A DNA stretch of 64,000 nt from Octopus vulgaris (taxonomy: Eukaryota), in the NCBI GenBank assembly GCA_951406725.2, contig OX597831.1, positions 6,386,001 to 6,450,000 on the forward strand, given 5' to 3'. Positions 10,026 through 23,100 of this stretch are shown here, one piece after another. Under the pieces are notes generated by a model. It worked only from the letters and a program-made list of their open reading frames with translations. It was not told the origin of the DNA and ran no database searches. The stretch's first letter is position 1; the number at the start of each line of letters is the position of its first letter. The translations under genes were made by a program, and so were the position numbers.

Positions 10026-10073
10026 AAGACAACATTTCGGCTGATATACCCTCCAGCCTTCATCAGGTGTCTT
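10026..10073 (-). ncRNA. Minimal type I hammerhead ribozyme motif
   Basis: Minus strand aagacac-CTGATGA-a-GGCTG-gagggtatat-CAGCC-GAAA-tgtt-gtctt: conserved core boxes, a 5-bp stem II, and an aagac/gtctt stem I. Typical of Penelope terminal repeats. Confidence 0.7.
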
Positions 10074-10143
10074 GGGGGAAATTTCGAACCTGGGTTCTTA
10101 TTTCTAAGGCATTTTTCAATGTTATTATTATTAATAGATAGTA

Positions 10144-10195
10144 ATCGAACTCGGAATCTTGGGGTTAGTAGCCCGCGATCTTAACCACTATGCCA
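10144..10195 (-). other. tRNA-derived segment (Pol III A/B boxes) inside the Penelope 3' region
   Basis: TGGCATAGTGGTTAAGATCGCGGGCTACTAACCCCAAGATTCCGAGTTCGAT. The acceptor stem is incomplete. Confidence 0.65.
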
Positions 10196-10969
10196 TATGC
10201 CCGTGGGCAATCATGGCTTGAATTTTAGGGCTTATAAATCTAATATTTTCCTATCCTTTCTTAATACCGGTTCCCATATGCTATTCATGCCTGCATTCGG
10301 TCTGCTTAGGAGGTTGTTGTGTCCTAGCATATGTGCTGCTTCTTTTAGTTTTTGTATTGTCCCGGGGTGTCCTCTATTATTTTAACTTTATCCCACAGGG
10401 GGGAGGCAGTCTCCATTTTATGATGAAGGCTGGAGGGTATATCAGCCAAAACTCTGTGTTAACAACAAACAAAATGAGGACAAATATCCGTCAAATGTAA
10501 AGAATGTACATAATTCCTCATCTCTTAAATATAGAACAGTTCTAGTAATACGTAAAAAAGCTTATGACCGTATCTTTACGACCTTTTCAGCATCTAAGCT
10601 CCGTGTACACGCTTAAAGCCAAGATCTCTACTATTTCATTTCTCTTAAAGAACTTCCGACATATTTTATCTCCGGACAACAGACGACTCGTTAACAATGG
10701 ATATTATTGATCATTAACGCCCACGGTGCCTATCATTTATATTCGTTTGCTTTTTTTTTTTATCGGAAAAGGTTCATTGTTTTTCATTGATGTACTCTTA
10801 AACACAAACTATTTTGCTAAAATAGCTCCCTGTGCAATTCTAGATCCTGGAATCACCAAAGCAAGAATTTTGTTTCTTATTTTCTCAACACGAAAAAGAA
10901 ATGTTTCGTCATTAATGAACGACAGAGAACTGAAAATAAAGAATGCGCTCAGAAAAAACACTCAGATAA

Positions 10970-11218
<249 letters not shown>

Positions 11219-11489
11219 CACTTCAGAAAATATTTCTCATTCCTTTAGATGTTGTTTCTTCATAAAATTCAATTTCCACATAATTATTGTGGTTGACATT
11301 TTGAGGGTAAAACTGTTTTTAATTTTCTTTTTCATATAAGAGAAAATATAAAAAGGGAGTTTGTTTCTCGGAATGATGGACTTACAAGGTAGTTTGAGCT
11401 AAACTTGACAGTTTGCATAAATGGAAAAGAAAACAAGATCCCAACGAAACATTAAAGTATTTTTTGAAAAGAAAACAAAATATCAACTA

Positions 11490-12030
11490 TATTATGGCTG
11501 GGAGATAAGTTTGCTCAAAGTAGCCGCCCTCAGAATCCATCATGTTCTCAAGACAGCTCTGGAATTTGGCGAATGCATTCCTCACTGTGTCCCTGGGAAG
11601 ATCTTTCGAACACCTCATTGACCTTGGCCATCAGTTTGGCTGTCAGAATTTTCCCTCGCGTCTTTGTACGAGTGGTAGTGAAGCTCCTCATTCAAGCTCC
11701 GCTTCATGACGGTGATTACAACACTCATCACTCTCACCAAAGCCCGCATTCCTTTGCTCAGATTCTCCATCCCTTCTGCAGTTGTTGGATGAATTCCAGC
11801 GTACGAACGCAGTCAGAACGTCTGCTGTGTCCTTTCCTGCTGTCCACGGCTTCGTAGTCTCCGTTGCAGATGTCGTCCATGTCACGTGTTACAGCTTTAC
11901 AGCGTTCGCAAAGTATTGAGCAGCAGCCATGATGTCGGCATTTTGAAAGCTGGCGTGAATCAGCATGGTAGAGGAAACTCTCTTCCAATATTCAAATGGG
12001 TTCCAATCCTCTCTGTTAGCTAACTTTGTT
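11490..12030 (-). pseudogene. Internally deleted Tc1/mariner (maT/DD37D-like) transposase relic
   Basis: The N-terminal part RKGHSRRSDCVRTLEFIQQL..SKGMRALVRVMSV...LNEELHYHSYK is joined near 11640 directly to the C-terminus KLMAKVNEVF..DLPRDTVRNAFAKFQSCLENMMDSEGGYFEQ. The catalytic core is missing. Confidence 0.72.
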
Positions 12031-12485
12031 TCAACTGCAACTTTTAAGTTTTATGTTCCCCAACGCTTTATGTTGCTTTAAGCTTTATGTTCACCAGCTG
12101 TTCCTGAAGAAGACATGAAAAATCGTCAAATTTAGCCCGAACACCTTGTATTAACTCTTGCGCGGTGAGGACGCTGCTCTATTCCATCTCCAAATGCAAG
12201 AATCGATGTCTCACCAAGCAGTGAAGAAGCTCTGGAGGTCTCTCAGTCCTTTCCACCGTGGCACCAGAGCTGCCGGAGGTTATCTACCAATGAAAGTGAC
12301 AATACTCTCGCACATCATTAACTTTGTGGAGTCAGATGTTGCGACTTTGAGGTAGATGTTGCTACCTTCCTCTCTTTTGAACCAGATGTAACGGCGTCCC
12401 ATAGTTTTCTGGTAACATCTTTTCTTTCCTTCGTAAGTAGTCCAAACTTCCTGAGCATCGAATGATGCTTGCATCTCTCCTGACA

Positions 12486-13020
12486 CATGGGAAGGTATAG
12501 CTATTTATCGTAGCTGGTGGAGAAGGATTGTGCACGAGGGGACAGCCACTTTTGAGAAATCTCGAGTTGCACATGAGAAAGTAAGGAGGGATGTCAGGAA
12601 GGGCATCGCCGTTCCACTTCCAGATGGGAAAGGTCTTCCTTTGATTCTGACATGCAATGTCTGTGCAAGACCCTGCCTCAGTAAAGCTGGACTCGAGAGT
12701 CATCTTCGTAGTCATAAAGCGAGACAGATGATAACAACCTGGCCACTGGTGGTGGTGTAACACACCATACTAATCATATCTGTCGGGCATGTGGAAGAGA
12801 ATGTAATTCGGCAGGAGGACTTAAACGACATGCAAAGGTACATGAAACCCAGTTACAACTACAGCCGGCTATTACCGGTAAAGGTTTTAGTTGCCAATTC
12901 TGTACAAGACATTGTTGATCTTTAGCTGGGCTAAAAAGTCACATTCGATCACAGCACCAATAACAGTTAAGCTTCGTGCAATGGCCATACTCGATAACGA
13001 GGGACAGCCATAATAATAAT
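12486..13020 (+). mobile_element. 3' end of an RTE-clade LINE with three C-terminal C2H2-like zinc fingers
   Basis: WRRIVHEGTATFEKSRVAHEKVRR...CNVCARPCLSKAGLESHLRSH; CRACGRECNSAGGLKRHAKVH (about 12781-12843); CQFCTRHC*SLAGLKSHIRS (about 12892-12950). Short 3' UTR and a (TAA)n tail. Confidence 0.78.
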
Positions 13021-13324
13021 GTATGTATGTATGTATGTATGTATGTATGTATGTATGTATGTATGTATGTATGTATGTATGTATGTATGTATTCCTACAT
13101 GTATGTATGTATGTATGTGCGTCTGCATATATATGCATTCATAAATAAAAATATGTATGCATGTATGCCTGAACATATGTATGTAAGTTTACATGTATGG
13201 CAGAATGTACGTATGCATGTATATATATGAATGTAAGCTTTAGATATGCATGCATAAAGGTATGTCTACATGCAAGTATATATATATGTATGCAAGTATA
13301 TATATTCGTATGAATGTATGTGTA
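13019..13324. repeat. (ATGT)n microsatellite, degenerating distally
   Basis: Follows the RTE tail directly and grades into (ATGG)n at about 13324. Confidence 0.93.
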
Positions 13325-14100
13325 TGGATGGATGGATGGATGGATAGATGGAGGTATTTAATTAATGGCGGATGGATGGATGGAGGGAAGAATGGATGGA
13401 TGGATGGATGGATGGATGGGTAGTTGGGTGGAAGTGTAGATTGATGGATGAATGGATGGATGGTTAGATGGTGGGATGAATGGATGGATGGATTGATGGA
13501 GGTATTTAATTAATGGCGGATGGATGGATGGAGGGAAGAATGGATGAATGGATGGATGGATGGATGGGTGGTTGGTTGGAAGTGTGGATTGATGGATGGA
13601 TGGATGGATGGATAGATGGTGGGATGAATGGATGGATGGATGGATGGAGGTATTTAATTAATGGTGGATGGATGGATAGAGGGAAGAATGGATGGATGGA
13701 TGGATGGGTGGTTGGGTGGAAGTGTGGATTGATGGATGGATGGATGGAGGGGAGAATGGATGGATGGATGGATGCAGGGGAGAATGGATGGATAGATGGA
13801 TGCAGGTATTTATTTAATGGCGGATGGATGGATGGATGCATGGATGGATGGATGCATGGATGGATGGAGGAAAGGCATTTATTTAATGGGGGATGGATGC
13901 ATGGATGGATGGATGGATAAAGGTTTTTATTTAATAGTGGATGGATGGATGCATGGATGGTTGGATGGATGGATAAAGGTTTTTATTTAATAGCGGATGG
14001 ATGGATGAAGGTATTTATTTAATAGTGGATGGATGGATGCATGGATGGATGGATGCATGGATGGATGGATGTATTTATTTAATAGTGGATGGATGCATCC
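13325..14100. repeat. Satellite A, left segment: (GGAT)n with a GGTATTTATTTAATRGY spacer
   Basis: Same unit and orientation as 44898-57090, with a degenerate outer edge. Confidence 0.93.
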
Positions 14101-17100
14101 TCATCCTTAGCGGAATGTTTGCATCCTCCCCTTCCATTGTCAAATCCCCCTCTCATCATTCCTCCCCTTCCTACACTTCAACTCTCAAATCCCCCTCTCT
14201 GGAATGTTTAACATTCATTCCTCCCCTTCCTCCCCTTCAACTCTCAAATCCCCCTCTCTGGAATGTTTAACATTCTTTCCTCTCCTTCCTACACTTCAAC
14301 TCTCAAATCCCCCTCTCTGGAATGTTTAACATTCTTTCCTCCCCTCCCCTTCCTCCCCTTCAACTCTCAAATCCCCCTCTCTGGAATGTTTAACATTCAT
14401 TCCTCCCCTTCCTCCCCTTCAACTCTCAAATCCCCCTCTCTGGAATGTTTAACATTCTTTCCTCCCCTTCCTCCCCTTCAACTCTCAAATCCCCTCTCTG
14501 GAATGTTTAACATTCTTTCCTCCCCTTCCTCCCCTTCAACTCTCAAATCCCCCTCTCTGGAATGTTTAACATTCTTTCCTCCCCTTCCTCCCCTTCAACT
14601 CTCAAATCCCCCTCTCTGGAATGTTTAACATTCTTTCCTCCCCTTCCTCCCCTTCCTCCCCTTCAACTCTCAAATCCCCCTCTCTGGAATGTTTAACATT
14701 CTTTCCTCCCCTTCCTCCCCTTCAACTCTCAAATCCCCCTCTCTGGAATGTTTAACATTCTTTCCTCCCCTTCCTCCCCTTCAACTCTCAAATCCACCTC
14801 TCTGGAATGTTTAACATTCTTCCTCCCCTTCCTCCCCTTCAACTCTCAAATCCCCCTCTCTAGAATGTTTAACATTCTTTCCGCCCCTTCCTCCCCTTCA
14901 ACTCTCAAATCCCCCTCTCTGGAATGTTTAACATTCATTCCTCCCTTCCTCCCCTTCAACTCTCAAATCCCCCTCTCTGGAATGTTTAACATTCTTTCCT
15001 CCACTTTCTCCCATTCAACTATCAGATCCCCCCCTCTCTGGAATGTTTAACATTCTTCCTCCCCCTCCTCCCCTTCAACTCTCAAATCCCCCTCTCTGGA
15101 ATGTTTAACATTCTTTCCTCCCTTCCTCCCCTTCAACTCTCAAATCCCCCTCTCTGGAATGTTTAACATTATTTCCTCCCCTTCCTCCCCTTCAACTCTC
15201 AAATCCCCCTCTCTGGAATGTTTAGCATTCTTTCCTCCCCTTCCTCCCCTTCAACTCTCAAATCCCCCTCTCTGGAATGTTTAACATTCTTTCCTCCCCA
15301 TTCTCCCCTTCAACTCTCAAATCCCCCTCTCTGGAATGTTTAACATTCTTTCCTCCCCTTCCTTCCCCTTCAACTCTCAAATCCCCCTCTCTGGAATGTT
15401 TAACATTCTTTCCTCCCCTTCCTCCCCTTCAACTCTCAAATCCCCCTCTCTGGAATGTTTAGCATTCCTTCCTCCCCTTCCTCCCCTTCAACTCTCAAAT
15501 CCCCCTCTCTGGAATGTTAAACATTCTTTCCTCCCCTTCCTCCCCTTCAACTCTCAAATCCCCCTCTCTGGAATGTTTAACATTCTTTCCTCCCCTTCTT
15601 CCCCTTCAACTCTCAAATCCCCCTCTCTGGAATGTTTAACATTCTTTCCTCCCCTTCCTCCCCTTCAACTCTCAAATCCCCCTCTCTGGAATGTTTAACA
15701 TTCTTTCCTCCCCTTCCTCCCCTTCAACTCTCAAATCCCCCTCTCTGGAATGTTTAGCATTCCTTCCTCCCCTTCAACTCTCAGATCCCCCTCTCTGGAA
15801 TGTTTAACATTCTTCCTCCCCTTCCTCCCCTTCAACTCTCAAATCCCCTCTCTGGAATGTTTAACATTCTTTCCTCCCCTTCCTCCCCTTCAACTCTCAA
15901 ATCCCCCTCTCTGGAATGTTTAACATTCTTTCCTCCCTTCCTCCCCTTCAACTCTCAGATCCCCCTCTCTGGAATGTTTAACATTCATTCCTCCCCTTTC
16001 TCCCCTTCAACTATCAGATCCCCACTCTCTGGAATGTTTAACATTCTTTCCTCCCCTTCCTCCCCTTCAAGTCCCCCTCTCAAATCCCCCTCTCTGGAAT
16101 GTTTAACATTCCTTCCTCCCCTTCCTCCCCTTCAACTCTCCAATCCCCCTCTCTGGAATGTTTAACATTCATTCCTCCCCTTCCTCCCCTTCAACTCTCA
16201 AATCCCCCTCTCTGGAATGTTTAACATTCTTTCCTCCCCTTCCTCCCCTTCAACTCTAAAATCCCCCTCTCTGGAATGTTTAACATTATTTTATCCCCTT
16301 CCTCCCCTTCAACTCTCAAATCCCCCTCTCTGGAATGTTTAACATTCTTTCCTCCCTTCCTCCCCTTCAACTCTCAAATCCCCTCTCTGGAATGTTTAAC
16401 ATTCTTTCCTCCCCTTCCTCCCCTTCAACTCTCAAATCCCCCTCTCTGGAATGTTTAACATTATTTCCTCCCCTTCCTCCCCTTCAACTCTCAAATCCCC
16501 CTCTCTGGAATGTTTAACATTCTTTCCTCCCCTTCCTCCCCTTCAACTCTCAAATCCCCCTCTCTGGAATGTTTAACATTATTTCCTCCTTCCTCCCCTT
16601 CAACTCTCAAATCCCCTCTCTGGAATGTTTAACATTCTTTCCTCCTCTTCCTCCCCTTCAACTCTCAAATCCCCCTCTCTGGAATGTTTAACATTATTTC
16701 CTCCCCTTCCTCCCCTTCAACTCTCAAATCCCCCTCTCTGGAATGTTTAACATTATTTCCTCCCCTTCCTCCCCTTCAACTCTCAAATCCCCCTCTCTGG
16801 AATGTTTAACATTCATTCCTCCCCTTCCTCCCCTTCAACTCTCAAATCCCCCTCTCTGGAATGTTTAACATTCTTTCCTCCCTTCCTCCCCTTCAACTCT
16901 CAAATCCCCCTCTCTGGAATGTTTAACATTCTTTCCTCCCCTTCCTCCCCTTCAACTCTCAAATCCCCCTCTCTGGAATGTTTAACATTATTTCCTCCCC
17001 TTCCTCCCCTTCAACTCTCAAATCCCCCTCTCTGGAATGTTTAACATTCTTTCCTCCCCATTCTCCCCTTCAACTCTCAAATCCCCCTCTCTGGAATGTT

Positions 17101-20100
17101 TAACATTCTTTCCTCCCCTTCCTCCCCTTCAACTCTCAAATCCCCCTCTCTGGAATGTTTAATATTCCTTCCATCCTTCCTCCTTCAACTCTCAAATCCC
17201 CCTCTCTGGAATGTTTAGCATTCTTTCCTCCTCTTCCTCCCCTTCAACTCTCAAATCCCCCTCTCTGGAATGTTTAACATTCTTTCCTCCCCTTCCTCCC
17301 CTTCAACTCTCAAATCCCCCTCTCTGGAATGTTTAACATTCTTTCCTCCCCTTCTTCCCCTTCAACTCTAAGATCCCCCTCTCTGGGATGTTTAACATTC
17401 TTTCCTCCCCATTCTCCCCTTCAACTCTCAAATCCCCCTCTCTGGAATGTTTAACATTCTTTCTTCCCCATTCTCCCCTTCAACTCTCAAATCCCCCTCT
17501 CTGGAATGTTTAACATTCTTTCCTCCTCTTCTTCCCCTTCAACTCTCAAATCGCCCTATCTGGAGTGTTTAACATTCTTTCCTCCCCTTCCTCCCCTTCA
17601 ACTCTCAAATCCCCCTCTCTGGGACGTTTAACATTCCTTCCTCCCCTTCAACTCTCAGATCCCCCTCTCTGGGATGTTTAACATTCTTTCCTCCCCATTC
17701 TCCCCTTCAACTCTCAAATCCCCCTCTCTGGAATGTTTAACATTCTTTCCTCCCCTTCCTCCCCTTCAACTCTCAATTCCCCCTCTCTGGAATGTTTAAC
17801 ATTCTTTCCTCCCTTCCTCCCCTTCAACTCTCAGATCCCCCTCTCTGGAATGTTTAACATTCATTCCTCCCCTTCAACTCTCAAGTCCCCCTCTCTGGAA
17901 TGTTTAACATTCTTTCCTCCACTTTCTCCCATTCAACTATCAGATCCCCCCCTCTCTGGAATGTTTAACATTCTACCTCCCCCTCCTCCCCTTCAACTCT
18001 CAAATCCCCCTCTCTAGAATGTTTAACATTCTTTCCGCCCCTTCCTCCCCTTCAACTCTCAAATCCCCCTCTCTGAAATGTTTAGCATTCCTTCCTCCCC
18101 TTCAAGTCTCAGATCCCCTCTCTGGAATGTTTAACATTCTTTCCTCCCCTTCAACTCTCAAATCCCCCATCTGGAATGTTTAGCATTCTTTCCTCTCCTT
18201 CCTCCCCTTCAACTCTCAGATCCCCCTCTCTGGAATGTTTAACATTCTTTCCTCCCCTTCCTCCCCTTCAACTCTCAAATCCCCTCTCTGGAATGTTTAA
18301 CATTCTTTCCTCCCCATTCTCCCCTTCAACTCAAATCCCCCTCTCTGGAATGTTTAACATTCTTTCCTCCCCTTCCTCCCCTTCAACTCTCAAATCCCCC
18401 TATCTGGAATGTTTAACATTCTTTCCTCCCCTTCCTCCCCTTCAACTCTCAATTCCCCCTCTCTGGAATGTTTAACATTCTTTCCTCCCCATTCTCCCCT
18501 TCAACTCTCAAATCCCCCTCTCTGGAATGTTTAACATTCTTTCCTCCCTTCCTCCCCTTCAACTCTCAAATCCCCTCTCTGGAATGTTTAACATTCTTTC
18601 CTCCCCTTCCTCCCCTTCAACTCTCAATTCCCCCTCTCTGGAATGTTTAACATTCTTTCCTCCCCTTCCTCCCCTTCAACTCTCTAATCCCCTTCTCTGG
18701 AATGTTTAACATTCCTTCCTTCCCCTTCCTCCCCTTCAACTCTCAAATCCCCCTCTCTGGAATGTTTAACATTCCTTCCTTCCCTTCCTCCCCTTCAACT
18801 CTCAAATCCCCCTCTCTGGAATGTTTAACATTCTTTCCACCCCTTCTTCCCCTTCAACTCTCAGATCCCCCTCTCTGGAATGTTTAATATTCTTTCCGCC
18901 CCTTCCCCCCATCAACTCTCAGATCCCCCTCTCTGGAATGTTTAACATTCTTTCCTCCCCTTCCTCCCATTCAACTCTCAAATCCCCCATCTGGAATGTT
19001 TAGCATTCTTTCCTCCCCTTCCTCCCCTTCAACTCTCAGATCACCCTCTCTGGAATATTTAACATTCTTTCCTCCCCTTCCTCCCCTTCATCTCTCATAT
19101 CCCACTCTCTGGAATGTTTAACATTATTTCCTCCCCTTCAACTCTCAAATCCCCTTCTCTGGAATATTTAGCATTCCTTCCTCCCCTTCCTCCCCTTCAA
19201 CTCTCAAATCCCCCTCTCTGGAATGTTTAACATTCTTTCCTCCCCATTCTCCCCTTCAACTCTCAAATCCCCCTCTCTGGAATGTTTAACATCCTTTCCT
19301 CCCGATCATCCCCTTCAACTCTCAAATCCCCCTCTCTGAAATGTTTAGCATTCCTTCCTCCCCTTCAAGTCTCAGATCCCCTCTGGAATGTTTAACATTC
19401 TTTCCTCCCTTCCTCCCCTTCAACTCTCAAATCCCTCTCTGGAATGTTTAACATTATTCCTCCCCTTCCTCCCCATCAACTCTCAAATCCCCCTCTCTGG
19501 AATGTTTAACATTCATTCCTCCCCTACCTCCCCTTCAACTCTCAAATCCCCCTCTCTGGAATGTTTAACATTCTTTCCTCCCCTTCCTCCCCTTCAACTC
19601 TCAAATCCCCCTCTGGAATGTTTAACATTCTTTCCTCCCCTTCCTCCCCTTCAACTCTAAAATCCCCCTCTCTGGAATGTTTAACATTATTTTATCCCCT
19701 TCCTCCCCTTCAACTCTCAAATCCCCCTCTCTGGAATGTTTAACATTCTTTCCTCCCCTTCCTCACCTTCAACTCTCAAATCCCCCTCTCTGGAATGTTT
19801 AAGATTCTTTCCTTCCCTTCCTCCCCTTCAACTCTCAAATCCCCCTCTCTGGAATGTTTAACATTATTTCCTCCCCTTCTACCCCTTCAACTCTCAAATC
19901 CCCCTCTCTGGAATGTTTAACATTATTTCCTCCCCTTCCTCCCCTTCAACTCTCAAATCCCCTCTGGAATGTTTAACATTATTTCCTCCCCTTCCTCCCT
20001 TCAACTCTCAAATCCCCCTCTCTGGAATGTTTACATTCTTTCCTTCCCTTCCTCCCCTTCAACTCTCAAATCCCCCTCTCTGGAATGTTTAACATTATTT

Positions 20101-23100
20101 CCTCCCCTTCTACCCCTTCAACTCTCAAATCCCCCTCTCTGGAATGTTTAACATTATTTCCTCCCCTTCCTCCCCTTCAACTCTCAAATCCCCTCTCTGG
20201 AATGTTTAACATTATTTCCTCCCCTTCCTCCCCTTCAACTCTAAAATCCCCCTCTCTGGAATGTTTAACATTATTTCCTCCCCTTCCTCCCCTTCAACTC
20301 TCAAATCCCCCTCTCTGGAATGTTTAACATTATTTCCTCCCCTTACTCCCCTTCCTCCTCCTTCCTCCCCTTCAACTCTCAAATCCCCCTCTCTGGAATG
20401 TTTAACATTCATTCCTCCCCTTCCTTTACCATTATTTCCTCCCCCTTCCTCCCCTTCAACTCTCAAATCCCCCTCTCTGGAATGTTTAACATTCATTCCT
20501 CCCCTTCCTCCCCTTCAACTCTCAAATCCCCCTCTCTGGAATGTTTAACATTCTTTCCTCCCCTTCCTCCCCTTCAACACTCAATCCGGAATGTTTAACA
20601 TTCTTTCCTCCCCTTCCTCCCCTTCAACACTCAAATCCCCCTCTCTGGAATGTTTAACATTATTTCCTCCCCTCCCCTCTCAACTCTCAATCTCCCCTCT
20701 CTGGAATGTTTAACATTATTTCCTCCCCTTCCTCCCCTTCAACTCTCAAATCCCACTCTCTGGAATGTTTAACATTATTTCCTCCCCTTCCTCCCCTTCA
20801 ACTCTCAAATCCCCCTCTCTGGAATGTTTAACATTCTTTCCTCCCCATTCTCCCCTTCAACTCTCAAATCCCCCTCTCTGGAATGTTTAACATTCTTTCC
20901 TCCCCTTCCTCCCCTTCAACTCTCAAATCCCCCTCTCTGGAATGTTTAGCCTTCTTTCCTCCCCTTCCTCCCCTTCAACTCTCAAATCCCCCTCTATGGA
21001 AGGTTTAACATTTTTTCCTCCCCTTACTCCCCTCCAACTCTCAAATCCCCCTCTCTGGAATGTTTAACATTCTTTCCTCCCCTTCTTCCCCTTCAACTCT
21101 AAGATCCCCCTCTCTGGGATGTTTAACATTCTTTCCTCCCCATTCTCCCCTTCAACTCTCAAATCCCCCTCTCTGGAATGTTTAACATTCTTTCCTCCAC
21201 TTCTTCCCCTTCAACTCTCAGATCGCCCTATCTGGAGTGTTTAACATTCTTTCCTCCACTTCCTCCCCTTCAACTCTCAAATCCCCCTCTCTGGGACGTT
21301 TAGCATTCCTTCCTCCCCTTCAACTCTCAGATCCCCCTCTCTGGGATGTTTAACATTCTTTCCTCCCCATTCTCCCCTTCAACTCTCAAATCCCCCTCTC
21401 TGGAATGTTTAACATTCTTTCCTCCCCTTCCTCCCCTTCAACTCTCAATTCCCCCTCTCTGGAATGTTTAACATTCTTTCCTCCCCTTCCTCCCCTTCAA
21501 CTCTCAGATCACCCTCTCTGGAATATTTAACATTCTTTCCTCCCCTTCCTCCCCTTCAACTCTCAAATCCCACTCTCTGGAATGTTTAACATTATTTCCT
21601 CCCTTTCAACTCTCAAATCCCACTCTCTGGAATGTTTAACATTATTTCCTCCCCTTCAACTCTCAAATCCCCTTCTCTGGAAATTTAGCATTCCTTCCTC
21701 CCCTTCCTCCCCTTCAACACTCAAATCCCCCCTCTCTGGAATGTTTAGCATTCTTTCCTCCCCTTCCTCACCTTCAACTCTCAGATCCCCCTCGCTGGAA
21801 TGTTTAACATTCTTTCCTCCCCTTCCTCCCTTCAACTCTCAGATCCCCCTCTCTGGAATGTTTAACATTCTTTCCTCCCCTTCAACTCTCAAATCCCCTT
21901 CTCTTTGAATGTTTAACATTCTTTCCTCCCCTTCCTCCCCTTCGACTCTCAAATCCCCCTCTCTGGAATGTTTAGCAATCCTTCCTCCCCTTCAAGTCTC
22001 AGATCCCCCTCTCTGGAATGTTTAACATTCTTTCCTCCCCTTCCTCCCCTTCAACTTTCAAATCCCCCTCTCTGGAATGTCTAACATTCTTTCCTCCCCT
22101 TTCTCCCCTTCAACTCTCAAATCCACCTCTCTGGAATGTTTAACATTCTTTCCTTCCCTTCCCCCCCTTCAACACTCAAATCCCCCTCTCTGGAATGTTT
22201 TGCATTCTTTCCTCCCCTTCCTCACCTTCAACTCTCAGATCCCCCTCTCTGGAATGTTTAACATTCTTTCCTCCCCTTCCTCCCCTTCAACTCTCAGATC
22301 CCCCTCTCTGGAATGTTTAACATTCTTTCCACCCCTTCTTCCCCTTCAACTCTCAAATCCCCCTCTCTGGAATGTTTAGCAATCCTTCCTCCCCTTCAAG
22401 TCTCAGATCCCCCTCTCTGGAATGTTTAACATTCTTTCCTCCCCTTCCTCCCCTTCAACTTTCAAATCCCCCTCTTTCCTCCCCTTCCTCCCCTTCAACT
22501 CTCAGATCCCCCTCTCTGGAATGTTTAACATTCTTTCCTCCCCTTCCTCCCCTTTCAACTCTCATCCTCTCTCTGGAATGTTTAACATTCTTTCCTCCAT
22601 TTCCTCCCCTTCAACTCTCAAATACCCCTCTCTGGAATGTTTAACATTCTTTCCTCCCTTCATTCCCTTGAACTCTCAGATACCCCTCTCTGGAATGTTT
22701 AACATTATTTCCTCCCCTTCAACTCTCAAATCTTCCTCTCTGGAATGTTTAACATTCTTTCCTCCCCTTCCTCCCCTTCAACTCTCAATTCCCCCTCTCT
22801 GGAATGTTTAACATTCTTTCCTCCACTTCCTCCCCTTCAACTCTCTAATCCCCCTCTCTGGAAGTTTTAGAAATGTTTAACATTCGTTCCTCCCCTTCCT
22901 CCCCTTCAACTCTCAAATCCCCCTCTCTGGAATGTTTAACATTCCTTCCTTCCCTTCCTCCCCTTCAACTCTCAAATCCCCCTCTCTGGAATGTTTAACA
23001 TTCTTTCCACCCCTTCTTCCCCTTCAACTCTCAGATCCCCCTCTCTGTAATGTTTAATATTCTTTCCGCCCCTTCCCCCCATCAACTCTCAGATCCCCCT

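Larger units (their letters stand above)
9990..10534 (-). mobile_element. Truncated Penelope-like element (GIY-YIG C-terminus plus terminal repeat) with an inverted terminal duplicate
   Basis: 15-bp TSD AACAGTTCTAGTAAT (9975-9989 and 10535-10549). The minus strand at about 10418-10232 encodes LWDKVKII..QKLKEAAHMLGHNNLLSRPNAGMNSIWEPVLRK...*. The segment 9990-10065 is mirrored at 10421-10505. Confidence 0.85.

Noticed and set aside
10144-10195. Functional tRNA gene (also considered for the SINE heads near 1740, 6775, 57855 and 58600)
   Set aside because: No complete acceptor stem or cloverleaf; all are embedded in retroelements.
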